Below, piece after piece: positions 8,793 through 18,426 of a DNA stretch of 64,000 nt. The stretch's first letter is position 1; each line of letters begins with the position of its first letter. The notes beneath the pieces are model-generated. The model was not told the DNA's origin. It was given only the letters and a program-made list of their open reading frames with translations, and made no database searches. The stretch lies in the NCBI GenBank assembly GCA_963662795.1, contig OY759746.1:96001-160000 (forward strand), given 5' to 3'. Source of the stretch: Spirochaetia bacterium (GTDB lineage Bacteria > Spirochaetota > Spirochaetia > CADAEX01). Position numbers and translations under genes: made by a program.

Positions 8793-10997
8793 CTATGTCA
8801 GCCGCCTGGCAATACCTGCCAGGCTGTTTCTGTCAAATTCTGATTTTATGATATAAGCGCTTGCTCCTGCATTTATAACTTTCTTGCGGTATTCTTCTTC
8901 AGAATGTGAAGAAACAACAACTATCGGGATGTTGCGGAGTCTGTTATCCTTGCGGATATTTTCAATCATTGTTATTCCATCCATCCTCGGCATTTCCAGA
9001 TCAGTAATAATCAGATCTACATGATTGGATTTCAACTGTTCAAGTCCGTCAATTCCGTCAACCGCAGTTATAACCTGAAAATCTTCGAGTTCCAGTATTG
9101 ATTTTTCAATTTCTCTTGTGTTAAGTGAATCATCAACAACCAGAACCTTTTTTGCCTGTTTCTGTTCGGATAATTTACCCCGCAGCAGATCAACTGTTTT
9201 AATGCTCTTGAATGCCTTAATAAGTTCAGGAACAAATAATATATTTATAATGCTGTAAGTTTCATCAAAAACAATACCCTGAATCAGTTTAAGTTTCTGC
9301 AGATTCCTTGGAAGCGGTTTATAGATAAGCTGTACATGCTGAAGTATTGAATCAACAATAATCCCTATTTTATCACCAACAGATTCAACCACTACCACAT
9401 AGATAAAATCATTACGCGATGGAGGGTTGCTGCCCATTATTGAAGAAAGTGTATAAAGCGGTACAATCTTGTCGCCCAGTTTAAATGCAGCCTTGTTAAA
9501 ATAGGTCAGTTTGTCCTTTACTGCCAGACGGACAATTTTATCCACAAAATTACTCGGTATAAGAAATTTATGATCTCCGGACCGGACAAAAAATCCGCTG
9601 ACTGTTGCAAGGGAAAGAGGAAGCGATAAAATAAACTCGGTTCCTATTCCAAGTGTGCTTTTAATTGTAATTTTGCCCTTCACCTTCTGAATATTATGGC
9701 GGACTATATCGAGGCCTACACCGCGTCCTGACAGATCTGTCACCTGCGCCTTTGTTGAAAAGCCGGGAGCAAAAAGAAAACTGTAAACATCACTTTCAGT
9801 AAGCTCATCAAGCTCTTCCTTGGATACAAGGCCCCTTTCTATCGCCTGACGTTTAACCTTGTCGTGGTCAATACCCCGTCCGTCATCAATTATCTTTATT
9901 ATGATATTTCCGCCTTCAGAGAGGCAGCTGATGCGTATATTTCCCTGGGGATTTTTTCCTGTGCTTTTTCTTTCCTCCCGGGTTTCAAGTCCATGATCAA
10001 GAGAGTTTCTGACTATATGAATAATGGGATCATGCAGTTTTTCCAGAATAGCCTTGTCAAGAAGGACATCCATTCCTGACATCTGACAGCTGACATCTTT
10101 TTCAAGCAGTGATGATACTTCTTCAACCATCCTGGGTATTGAGCCGAATATCAGTTCAAGAGGAAGCATTGTAAGACGCATAAGCTGTTCCTGCAGCTCG
10201 TAGGTATTTCGCTCGATAACCGCGATCTGCTCTGAAAAGCTTTTTTTGACAGTCTGTATGCTTTTCTGGAATTCCTGGAATTCCCTGTAAAATCCGGCTG
10301 CCTCTTTCAGTTTTCTGAGGCTTCCCATTTGTTCCTGAAACCTGGAAGCGAACTGGGTTATATCTTCCTGGATCTTCTTGAACTGAAACTGCTTGATGAC
10401 TATCTGGTTCATGGTCTGCATTATCCCGTCGATACTTGCAAGCTTTACCCTGATAGTTTCATATTCAGGGTTTTCACCTCCCTGGGGGAGCGGTGTTGAA
10501 GCATTCAAAGCAGCGTTATCTGTTCGTGCAGATCCGGATGGGGATGCAGTCGGAGAAGAGGCCGCTGTATTCCTGCTCATTATCTCCCTTAGGCTTTCAA
10601 GCTCATAAGGCTCGTTTGCGTAAATCCTTTCAGAAACAGCAGTATAGGCTTCAAGCGGCGGGCTGTCCTGCCTATTATCTTTGATAAATGCAGTTCCTCC
10701 CTTGAGCAGGTCGCAGCCGATAAAAACAACCTGAATAAAAGGAGGAGAAAAAGTATAGCGTTTTTCTCTTATCCCTTTGAAAAGATTTTCCATTGCATGG
10801 GCAGTCTGCTCCATACCGAGGAATTTCAGCATCCGCGAAGATCCTTTAATGGTATGGAGTGATCTTAATACCGCGTTCAGCTCTTCTTCGTTATCCGGAT
10901 CTTTTTTTAGTTTAAGAATTCCGCGTTCTACTGCCTGAATATTTTCTGCAGCTTCTTCAAGGTAGTTTCCTATAAAAGCATCACGGTTAATTGCCAC
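8793..10997 (-). CDS. cheA: Hybrid chemosensory histidine kinase CheA (Hpt-dimer-HATPase-CheW-REC)
   Basis: LHTIKGSS Hpt, HIVRNSLDHG, DDGRG, FAPGFST..SGRGVGLD, CheW domain, C-terminal REC (VVDDS, TDLEMP); GTG start. Confidence 0.95.
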   Translation of the reverse strand: MAINRDAFIGNYLEEAAENIQAVERGILKLKKDPDNEEELNAVLRSLHTIKGSSRMLKFLGMEQTAHAMENLFKGIREKRYTFSPPFIQVVFIGCDLLKGGTAFIKDNRQDSPPLEAYTAVSERIYANEPYELESLREIMSRNTAASSPTASPSGSARTDNAALNASTPLPQGGENPEYETIRVKLASIDGIMQTMNQIVIKQFQFKKIQEDITQFASRFQEQMGSLRKLKEAAGFYREFQEFQKSIQTVKKSFSEQIAVIERNTYELQEQLMRLTMLPLELIFGSIPRMVEEVSSLLEKDVSCQMSGMDVLLDKAILEKLHDPIIHIVRNSLDHGLETREERKSTGKNPQGNIRISCLSEGGNIIIKIIDDGRGIDHDKVKRQAIERGLVSKEELDELTESDVYSFLFAPGFSTKAQVTDLSGRGVGLDIVRHNIQKVKGKITIKSTLGIGTEFILSLPLSLATVSGFFVRSGDHKFLIPSNFVDKIVRLAVKDKLTYFNKAAFKLGDKIVPLYTLSSIMGSNPPSRNDFIYVVVVESVGDKIGIIVDSILQHVQLIYKPLPRNLQKLKLIQGIVFDETYSIINILFVPELIKAFKSIKTVDLLRGKLSEQKQAKKVLVVDDSLNTREIEKSILELEDFQVITAVDGIDGLEQLKSNHVDLIITDLEMPRMDGITMIENIRKDNRLRNIPIVVVSSHSEEEYRKKVINAGASAYIIKSEFDRNSLAGIARRLT

Positions 10998-11009
10998 AGC
11001 TGTCCCCCT

Positions 11010-12401
11010 TTATATTTTGACCCGGTGCAAGGGTTTAATTTTTTCAATCCATTTCCGGCACATATATTTAAAATAGGCCTGATCAAAGTCCTCAAGTAAA
11101 AAAGAAAAAACATTTTTTTCTCCGGATGTTTCATTTTCCAGAATATCAAGACAGTTTCTGAACTCATCTCGTGCTTTAACAGGATTTTTTTCTGTCAGAT
11201 TAAGAGCATAATAAAAGCGGGCAGGCCAGAAATCACTGCGGATGCTGAAAGCGCGCAGGAAATACTCCTCAGCAGTGTTTTTTTCCCCTGTCCAGTACTT
11301 CAGCCTGCCTTCAAGAAAAGCTATCAGGGCAGTTCCCGCGATATCTTTTTTTAAATCAGTGAGTATTTCATCCGCTGCCTTAAAATCAGATTCATTTATT
11401 TTCGATAGAAACAGGCGGATATGCCTGGCTGCCCCGGTATAAAAAGCATCTATACCTTCGCTTAAGCTCTCAGGCGCGGCAAGGCATGTAATAATCATAT
11501 CTTCCGGGCTGACTGAAGATTTTTCCGGTAATTTATTACTCTGAATCTTCTCAACTTCAGGAACAGCCGGAGAAGGATTTGCCGGCTGCTGTTTCTGAAA
11601 ATAATAAACTCCCTGCTTTTCATGAAGGATAAGATTTTCATTTTTAACAAACGGCACTTCACTTGAAGCAAGAAAAAAATATCCGCCTGATGCAAGTTTA
11701 TCTGCAAGCCGGCTGATAAGGTCATCCCTTTTATCCATTGCAAGATAGAGCAGCGTATTCCTGAAAAAAATAAGGTCAGCAGGCTCCGGAAGAAAATCAA
11801 AAGAATCCTGATAGAAGTTAAGCCTCCGGGAGGTGATTTTACCAGGCAGAAGTGAATCAGGCAGGAACTCACTTCCTGTTTTACCGGAAGGCATAAGATG
11901 TTTATCAAGCAGGGGACGAAAACCCAACCCGTCTTTGCGGAACGAATGAGAAGAGAACCGGCCTGATTCAAGAGAGGCAAGCACGTGTGTATTTATATCA
12001 GTTGCAAAAATATGAAAATCACGCGCTGCGTGTTTTTCCTTTTCACTCATGGCAAGAACAGCAAGAGATACAGCTTCCTCGCCGGTTGAACAGGAAACAC
12101 TCCAGATCAGCAGCTTTTGTTTATTAGTAAAAAGCTCCGGTAATATTTCCTCCTGCAGAAGCAGAAACTGTTTCTCCTCCCTGAAAAAATATGTTTCATT
12201 TATTGTTGCTGCATTCAGCAAAGCCTGCTGTGCATCTCCTGCGTTACCCGCAAGAAGCAGAAACTCCTTTCCGCTCAGGTATCTTGATTTAAGTTCTTTC
12301 TCAATTTCCCGGCGGATGTGGTTTCTGTGTGATACAGGAGGCATCATGCCGGTGAGAGATTCAATCAATTTTATATATTCTTCAAATATTTTATCTGTCA
12401 T
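11010..12401 (-). CDS. cheR: CheR methyltransferase with C-terminal TPR region (WspC/FrzF-like architecture)
   Basis: TINETYFFRE, CSTGEE, ATDIN, DLIFFRN; helical repeat C-terminus. Confidence 0.9.
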   Translation of the reverse strand: MTDKIFEEYIKLIESLTGMMPPVSHRNHIRREIEKELKSRYLSGKEFLLLAGNAGDAQQALLNAATINETYFFREEKQFLLLQEEILPELFTNKQKLLIWSVSCSTGEEAVSLAVLAMSEKEKHAARDFHIFATDINTHVLASLESGRFSSHSFRKDGLGFRPLLDKHLMPSGKTGSEFLPDSLLPGKITSRRLNFYQDSFDFLPEPADLIFFRNTLLYLAMDKRDDLISRLADKLASGGYFFLASSEVPFVKNENLILHEKQGVYYFQKQQPANPSPAVPEVEKIQSNKLPEKSSVSPEDMIITCLAAPESLSEGIDAFYTGAARHIRLFLSKINESDFKAADEILTDLKKDIAGTALIAFLEGRLKYWTGEKNTAEEYFLRAFSIRSDFWPARFYYALNLTEKNPVKARDEFRNCLDILENETSGEKNVFSFLLEDFDQAYFKYMCRKWIEKIKPLHRVKI

Positions 12402-13390
12402 TTCTTACCGGCAAGCTGAACCAGATAACTGCTGATTTCAGGAAGAGGCAGTATTTTCACTGCCCCGCCCCTTTCAATAGCAGCTTTCGGCATACCGAAT
12501 ATTGTTGAGGTTGACTCATCCTGAACAATTGTATGCCCGCCCTTTCCCTTTATATAAACACTGCCGTCAGCACCGTCAGTTCCCATTCCAGTCAGAAGAA
12601 CGCTTATAAGACTCTTGCCGAACCAGTCACCTGCTGTTATAAACAGCCGGTCAACGGCAGGCCGCTGGTTAACAACTTTAGGGCTGTTCTCAAGCGCAAG
12701 ACGCCCCTCTTTAACAATAAGGTGGCTGTTTCCCGGCGCTACCCAGAGGGTTCCCGGAATAAATTCCTCCCCTCCTGATGCAAGGCGGACTTTAAGGCTG
12801 GTCTGGCTGTCAAGCCAGGCTGCAAAGCTTTTATCAAATCTGTCTTCAATATGCTGAACAAGCGCAAGGCCGAGAGGGTAATCAGACGGGATACGGCCGA
12901 GAAGCTCCTTAAGCGTAACAGGCCCTCCGGTAGATGCTCCGATTACGACAGCGCTGTAGGCGCTTCCTGCCCTGCCGGCAGATGCAGCATCGCGCTGCCT
13001 TGTAATGTGAGCCCGGCTTAATTCTTTAAGTTTGTTTAGAAACATATTGAGAAACTCAGGTTCATTCATTTTATCTATGTCGGGTTTTCTCACTGCATCA
13101 AGCGCTCCTTTTCCAAGCGCTTTTACGGTAAGGTCACTGTCTACTTCATTTGAAAAAATGCAGATAGGGACAGGGCATTCAGACATAATTCTTCCTGTAG
13201 CTTCAAGCCCGTTCATCACAGGCATGTTTATATCCATAAGCACAAGGTCGGGTTTGAGCGATTTCACCAGATCAAGCCCCTGCAGCCCATTTGAGGCCTC
13301 GCCTGCAAGTTCTATATCATCAGTTTCAGCAAATACTGTTTTAAGTATATTACGGATAAGAGCAGAATCATCAACAATCAGAATTCTCAT
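12398..13390 (-). CDS. cheB: CheB methylesterase (REC + esterase)
   Basis: REC (DDS, MDINMP); GASTGG, VQH, LTGMGTDGA, FGMPKAA. Confidence 0.95.
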   Translation of the reverse strand: MRILIVDDSALIRNILKTVFAETDDIELAGEASNGLQGLDLVKSLKPDLVLMDINMPVMNGLEATGRIMSECPVPICIFSNEVDSDLTVKALGKGALDAVRKPDIDKMNEPEFLNMFLNKLKELSRAHITRQRDAASAGRAGSAYSAVVIGASTGGPVTLKELLGRIPSDYPLGLALVQHIEDRFDKSFAAWLDSQTSLKVRLASGGEEFIPGTLWVAPGNSHLIVKEGRLALENSPKVVNQRPAVDRLFITAGDWFGKSLISVLLTGMGTDGADGSVYIKGKGGHTIVQDESTSTIFGMPKAAIERGGAVKILPLPEISSYLVQLAGKK

Positions 13391-13931
13391 TATTATCCTC
13401 CAAAGCTTTCAGTATTTTTTCCTCAAAAAGGATATCAAGATCTACCATATAACGCATTCTGCCGCCGGCTGGAAATGATACAGCAAGAACTCCCTGCTTC
13501 TCCAGATGCGCGGCAAGAACGGCTGGCTGCAGACAGAGTTCTGTCAGCATCACATCAGTCATAATTGTGGCTGACGCGACACGGAACGCTATCATATCCT
13601 GCCGGACTTCCTCTTCAAGATAGAAATTATCCTCAAGCTTATCAAGTATTTCCAGTATTTCAGATGACAGGGTTTTTTTATCCCGGATCAGGGCAAGGTG
13701 AGCCTCGCCTGAAGGCTGCGCCTGAAAAAAATTCTGAAAGAAAAGATCCAGATTAAAAAGAGGTATAATTTTTTCTTTCAGCCTGAGTCCCTCCTGCAGA
13801 AACATACAGGAAGTTTTTCTCTCTTCAGTTTCCGCAATGTAAACACTTGTTGTACACTGTTCCCTGTTTATCTGGAATTCCACCTTTGAATGAGGGATAG
13901 TCAGTACTTTAATAATATTTTCAGCGCTCAA
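13371..13931 (-). CDS. Hypothetical protein, possibly a divergent CheW-like adaptor
   Basis: TTG start after GGAGAGG, overlapping the cheW stop; IIPLFNLD, IAFRV and YMVDLD segments echo CheW strands; sits at the WspD-like position. Confidence 0.5.
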   Translation of the reverse strand: MSAENIIKVLTIPHSKVEFQINREQCTTSVYIAETEERKTSCMFLQEGLRLKEKIIPLFNLDLFFQNFFQAQPSGEAHLALIRDKKTLSSEILEILDKLEDNFYLEEEVRQDMIAFRVASATIMTDVMLTELCLQPAVLAAHLEKQGVLAVSFPAGGRMRYMVDLDILFEEKILKALEDNNENSDC

Positions 13932-14421
13932 TATCCCTCTCCAGTCTCTCAAGCAGGGCCTGTCCCTTAAGAACAAAAACTTCCTGTCCTTTCAGAGAAA
14001 TTGATTCAAGAAAATAACGGCTGGAATCATCATCGGATGATATTTTATGCACATCGCCGGAAGGAATTTTTATAATCTCATCTACATCGGAAATAAGAAG
14101 ACATGCCTGGTCCTGTAAAAGATTAAGAACCAACAGTGTTGATGATTCAAGTTTTTCATTATGGAACAGCAGATTCAGATCAAAAACTGTATACGGCTGC
14201 CCGTGTCTGTTGGCATATCCCCTTACATAGGGAGGAACAAATGGCACATAATACAGTGAATTGTCAAAAGAAATTTCCTTTACATCAGCTGCAGGCAGGG
14301 CATATCTCCCGTTCCCGAGAGAAAAAACAACATACTTGCACATAACATTATCAGTGCTGCTGTCTGTATTGCTGTTTCCGGCGGGGTTTTTTAGTTTATT
14401 CATTAAATCCTGGTTATTCAT
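13921..14421 (-). CDS. cheW: CheW coupling protein
   Basis: YVVFSLG.GRYAL, VPFVPPYVRG..N.HG..YTVFDL, LLISDV; start moved to ATG 14421 after GAGGAG. Confidence 0.9.
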   Translation of the reverse strand: MNNQDLMNKLKNPAGNSNTDSSTDNVMCKYVVFSLGNGRYALPAADVKEISFDNSLYYVPFVPPYVRGYANRHGQPYTVFDLNLLFHNEKLESSTLLVLNLLQDQACLLISDVDEIIKIPSGDVHKISSDDDSSRYFLESISLKGQEVFVLKGQALLERLERDIER

Positions 14422-14422
14422 T

Positions 14423-16408
14423 TCATTTCTCCTCTGAAACACTGTATCTCGCAACTGATTCATTAAACTGGTCTGCTATCACTTTCAGCTGATCAGATGC
14501 CTCGCTTGTAGATCTGGTTGAGATGACAAAATTGTCAATCCCTTCGGATATCTGTTTCAGGGTAAGAAAAATCTGCTCAAATGATGCTACCTGCATTTTT
14601 ATGGCACGCGCAATATCATTTGCAGATGCTGCTGATATTTCACTGGAACTTAAAACATCTTCAAATACGCCCCGGATATGATGTGAAATATCCCAACCCT
14701 CTTTAATGCGCATTGTCCCCTCTTCAGAAGCTATAATCAGCTTGTCTGATGCATGCTGAATCTCGTTGATTTTGGTTTTAATCTCATTTGTTGAATCAAC
14801 AGTACTGTCCGCGAGACGGCGTATTTCGCTTGCTACTATCTGAAAGTTTCTGCCTGCATCACCGGCGGCAGCTGCTTCCAACTCTGCGTTAAACGCTATT
14901 ATTTTAGTCTGGTCGGCAATACCATTAATAATATTGACTATGTCCCAGATTGAATCAATCTGTCCGCCGAGAGTTTTGATACCGCCGATTGTGTTGGCAT
15001 TTGTTTCCCGTATCTCGCTCATTTTACCCAGACTGTTTTTAATATGGTCAAAACCTTTTTCGACTGTTTCCTTTGTGTTATTAGCTATTTTTACAACTTC
15101 CTGTATTCTTACAGCAACGCCCTGTGATAATTTATCTGAATCCTCCATGGTGCTGAGTATTTCCTTGACAGATGCAGCCTGCTGATTGGCAGTACTTGAA
15201 ACCTCCTGAGTACCTGCGCCAAGGCTGTGTGTGGATTCAATCAGTACTTCAGATGCGTTTTGTATTTTTTTTACAAGTGCAGAAAAAGAATCAATTACAT
15301 TATTAAAAAAAGAAGCAAGTTCTCCCATTTCATCATTCGAAGTAATATTTATCCTGCCTGTTAAATCGCCTGAAGCTGCCATTGTTGAAACTGACTGGAT
15401 ATTTTTCATCGGCAGCAGAATTCTTGACATCAGCGTTTTTATAAATAGTGAAACAATAATCGATGCGGTTATAATTGAAATAAATATAATAAGTCTGAAA
15501 ATTTTTATAACATTCATATATTCCGCGGTGAAATCATTGACTGCAGCATACCATGATGAATCAGGGATTCGCGTAAAATCTGCTATGACTTCTCCATATC
15601 CGGTATTATAAGAGTAACTGCCTTTTTCATTTTTAATCACTTCAGCTGTCATATCTGCAAGATTTTTCAGACCTTCAGCCTCATTACTGTAATTATCAAG
15701 AAACAGCTGTTTGCCTGCAACAACTGAACCTGATTTATCTATCAGCATTAAAAATCCGCGGTTTCCTGCCTTTATATTTTCTATTGATCTGCGGATTTGT
15801 TCATAGTCAAGCAGGGTCTCAAATTCCTCTTTATAGGATGAGGCCCAGACCATGATGTCCCAGGGTTTATAATATGAAAGATAACCTGCCTTTATCCTTG
15901 CTTTCTCTTCCCCTGGATTTTTCCATTCATATTCAAGATAACCGTTTTTCATAGCCATGGCTTTCTTCATGAATTCATGACCGCTTGCATCTGCCCCTTC
16001 AGATTTAGGATGGATTGTTAAAATTCCACTGGTACTTACTCCTGCAAGATAACCGGTAGTGCCGATTCTTCCATAGTCAGGATCAAGCATGATACGCCTT
16101 GCTTCAGCCCGCGCCTGTTCCATGGTAATCCGGTTTTTACTGACCTGCAGATTATAATAAGAAAGAAGTTCGCGGTTCTTTTCTGCTACAGCTCTTAAAT
16201 AATTTTTGACAGCTCCATCTATTTCATTCTGAATCAGTTGAACAGAGATTTTTAAAGTATTTTCCCTGTTCCTCTCAGCAAGATTTGTAAGTTCCTTATC
16301 AAGGCGGTTTGTACTTACAAGTCCCATAACTGCCATAAGAAGAATAAAAGGAATATTGGTTGTTAAACTGATTTTACCGGCAAGATCTTTTCCTATTTTG
16401 AATTTCAT
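14423..16408 (-). CDS. Methyl-accepting chemotaxis protein with periplasmic Cache domain and HAMP
   Basis: TM1, Cache (GY...HP..EG, YEWKNPG, KPWD), TM2, HAMP (GDLT..I..NDEMGEL), MA domain. Confidence 0.92.
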   Translation of the reverse strand: MKFKIGKDLAGKISLTTNIPFILLMAVMGLVSTNRLDKELTNLAERNRENTLKISVQLIQNEIDGAVKNYLRAVAEKNRELLSYYNLQVSKNRITMEQARAEARRIMLDPDYGRIGTTGYLAGVSTSGILTIHPKSEGADASGHEFMKKAMAMKNGYLEYEWKNPGEEKARIKAGYLSYYKPWDIMVWASSYKEEFETLLDYEQIRRSIENIKAGNRGFLMLIDKSGSVVAGKQLFLDNYSNEAEGLKNLADMTAEVIKNEKGSYSYNTGYGEVIADFTRIPDSSWYAAVNDFTAEYMNVIKIFRLIIFISIITASIIVSLFIKTLMSRILLPMKNIQSVSTMAASGDLTGRINITSNDEMGELASFFNNVIDSFSALVKKIQNASEVLIESTHSLGAGTQEVSSTANQQAASVKEILSTMEDSDKLSQGVAVRIQEVVKIANNTKETVEKGFDHIKNSLGKMSEIRETNANTIGGIKTLGGQIDSIWDIVNIINGIADQTKIIAFNAELEAAAAGDAGRNFQIVASEIRRLADSTVDSTNEIKTKINEIQHASDKLIIASEEGTMRIKEGWDISHHIRGVFEDVLSSSEISAASANDIARAIKMQVASFEQIFLTLKQISEGIDNFVISTRSTSEASDQLKVIADQFNESVARYSVSEEK

Positions 16409-16419
16409 GCGTATCTCCC

Positions 16420-18426
16420 CTATCCATTAAACCCGTGTATTTTTGTCACTACATCTTCAAGTTCAGTCAGAGTCTGATTGAAGCTTGCTTCCTGAATATC
16501 TGTTGACTTCTTTATCGTTTTTTCAGTGTTTTCTGAAAAACTTAAAACTTCCTGGAAAATCTCACCAAGTTTTTGCGAAAGCCCCGCACCTGACCGTATT
16601 GATTCTCCTTCCTTTCTTGAGGAGCGTATAAGTGTGTCTGCAGTTTTCTGAATCTCTTCAATTTTCAAACGTATTTTCTTTGTAGAATCAACAGTATTAT
16701 CAGCAAGTCTCCTGATTTCACCCGCAACAATCTCAAAGCTGCGTCCTGTCTCACCTGCCGAGGCAGCTTCAAGTTCCGCATTAAAGGCAATTATTTTGGT
16801 CTGATCTGTAATAGTTGAAATAATTGAAACTATATCCCAGATACTGCCTATCTGTTCAGCCAGTGTTTTTATGCCTTCAAGTGTAACAGTGCTTGAATTC
16901 TCAATATCCTTCATCTGTTCAATACTTTGTTTAAGGAACACAAAACCGGAATTAACATTTTCCTTAATCTGCCTTGTCAGCATTGCAATCTGCTTCATGG
17001 AGACAAGGTCCTCCCCGTTGTTTTTTAAAGAAGCATCTCCGCTCTCTCCTGTAAGCTGACGTAGTGCATCTGTAAGGTGTTCTGTAGATTCCTTCAGCTG
17101 TTCTATAAGAAGTTTTATCATCTCTTTTCTGCTTGCCCTTTCATAATGAAAACAGTTGGATGGTTTATTGAGATTGTTGAATATCGCGGTTGCCATTGAT
17201 TTACAGTTGCCGTATCCGCAAGCGCCACAGTTGAGAAAATCCTCCTGCCGAAACTTGTGCATTTTATGGTAAAGTATTTCAAGCTCCTGATTTGTAGGTG
17301 TTTTTACTGTATTGGTGCCGGACCTGTCTATATATGAGCGGCTGTATATACCCTTGCGCCAGTATCTTGAAAGAATCCGGTTTATTGCCCTCCTTGAGCC
17401 CCGCAGGCTTCCAAGTGCTTTTTTTAAATACCTGCCTGCCGCTTTTTTATTTCTCTCTTCAATATAATATTCAATTTCATCAAGAGGTTTTTCCCTGTTC
17501 AGCGTTCCAGGTCCGCCGTTACACCCCCGCTCGCAGTTAAGACAGTCAATAAGGGGAGGCGCAAACCTTTTATCAATCATTTCAGGAAGTTCCTTGAGAT
17601 AATCGTAAATTATTCCAGGGCCTTCTATCTTGCGCGTACTCCTGGCAAGAGACGGGAGTTCCCTTGCTACAGTCCGCATAAGCCCTCCGGGCGATGAAAA
17701 AAGAACTCCACGCTCGGCGGCAGGATTATGAAAATCAACTTCCGGATATGAATCAGGATTAATATTCTTTTCCTGAAGATAATTGAAAAGCGAGTTATAG
17801 GTTACGTTATATCCTTTTACACCGGTCGCGTCAAACTCCCGCTTCTTCGCGTAGCATGGTGATAAAATCATTACCTTGTGATTTTTATAGGCCGGATAAT
17901 ACTCATGTATCATTTTGACTGTGTGAAGCATGGGAGAATCTGCCGGGGCAAGATAGGGAAGAAGCTTCGGCTGATATATTTCAAGATATGAGACAATCGC
18001 GGGACACGGCTGCGCAATAACAGTCACAGGTTTTAATTCTTTGACTGCTTCCAGGTATGACCTGACTGTAAGTTCAGCGCCAAAGCTTACATCAAAAAAA
18101 GCCTCAACTCCCATTGACTTGAGCCAGCCGTGGATATTCAGGTAATTACCCGGGAAATTCGCAGCTATCGCAGGCGCTGAAATAGCAACCATTGGCTCTT
18201 TTTTTCCCGAAGCTTCAAGCCAGAGCGGGAAATCATCTATTCCGCTTCTTGCCTGGTGTGTACAGGCCGCTATACAGGAACCGCATCCGATACACAGGTC
18301 AGCGCTGACTTCAACATGATCCTCAAGCGCGTTGTTACAGTATTTTACAGGACAGGCCGCGATACAGGCATGACAATTGACACATTTTTCCGCATTAACT
18401 TCAATAACAGGTGCAAGCTGACTCAT
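16420..18426 (-). CDS. Soluble [FeFe]-hydrogenase-like (group C, putative sensory) domain fused to an MCP signalling domain
   Basis: 2x[4Fe-4S] (CVNCHACIAACP, CIGCGSCIAACT); H-cluster-like motifs AQPCP, SPCYAKKRE, CERGCNGGPG; Cx2Cx4Cx16C domain; MA tip DQTKIIAFNAELEAA. Confidence 0.85.
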   Translation of the reverse strand: MSQLAPVIEVNAEKCVNCHACIAACPVKYCNNALEDHVEVSADLCIGCGSCIAACTHQARSGIDDFPLWLEASGKKEPMVAISAPAIAANFPGNYLNIHGWLKSMGVEAFFDVSFGAELTVRSYLEAVKELKPVTVIAQPCPAIVSYLEIYQPKLLPYLAPADSPMLHTVKMIHEYYPAYKNHKVMILSPCYAKKREFDATGVKGYNVTYNSLFNYLQEKNINPDSYPEVDFHNPAAERGVLFSSPGGLMRTVARELPSLARSTRKIEGPGIIYDYLKELPEMIDKRFAPPLIDCLNCERGCNGGPGTLNREKPLDEIEYYIEERNKKAAGRYLKKALGSLRGSRRAINRILSRYWRKGIYSRSYIDRSGTNTVKTPTNQELEILYHKMHKFRQEDFLNCGACGYGNCKSMATAIFNNLNKPSNCFHYERASRKEMIKLLIEQLKESTEHLTDALRQLTGESGDASLKNNGEDLVSMKQIAMLTRQIKENVNSGFVFLKQSIEQMKDIENSSTVTLEGIKTLAEQIGSIWDIVSIISTITDQTKIIAFNAELEAASAGETGRSFEIVAGEIRRLADNTVDSTKKIRLKIEEIQKTADTLIRSSRKEGESIRSGAGLSQKLGEIFQEVLSFSENTEKTIKKSTDIQEASFNQTLTELEDVVTKIHGFNG

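Noticed and set aside
16420-18426. Catalytic, energy-conserving group A hydrogenase
   Set aside because: It lacks canonical TSCCP/MPC/ExMAC residues, has no diaphorase partners nearby, and is fused to an MCP domain.
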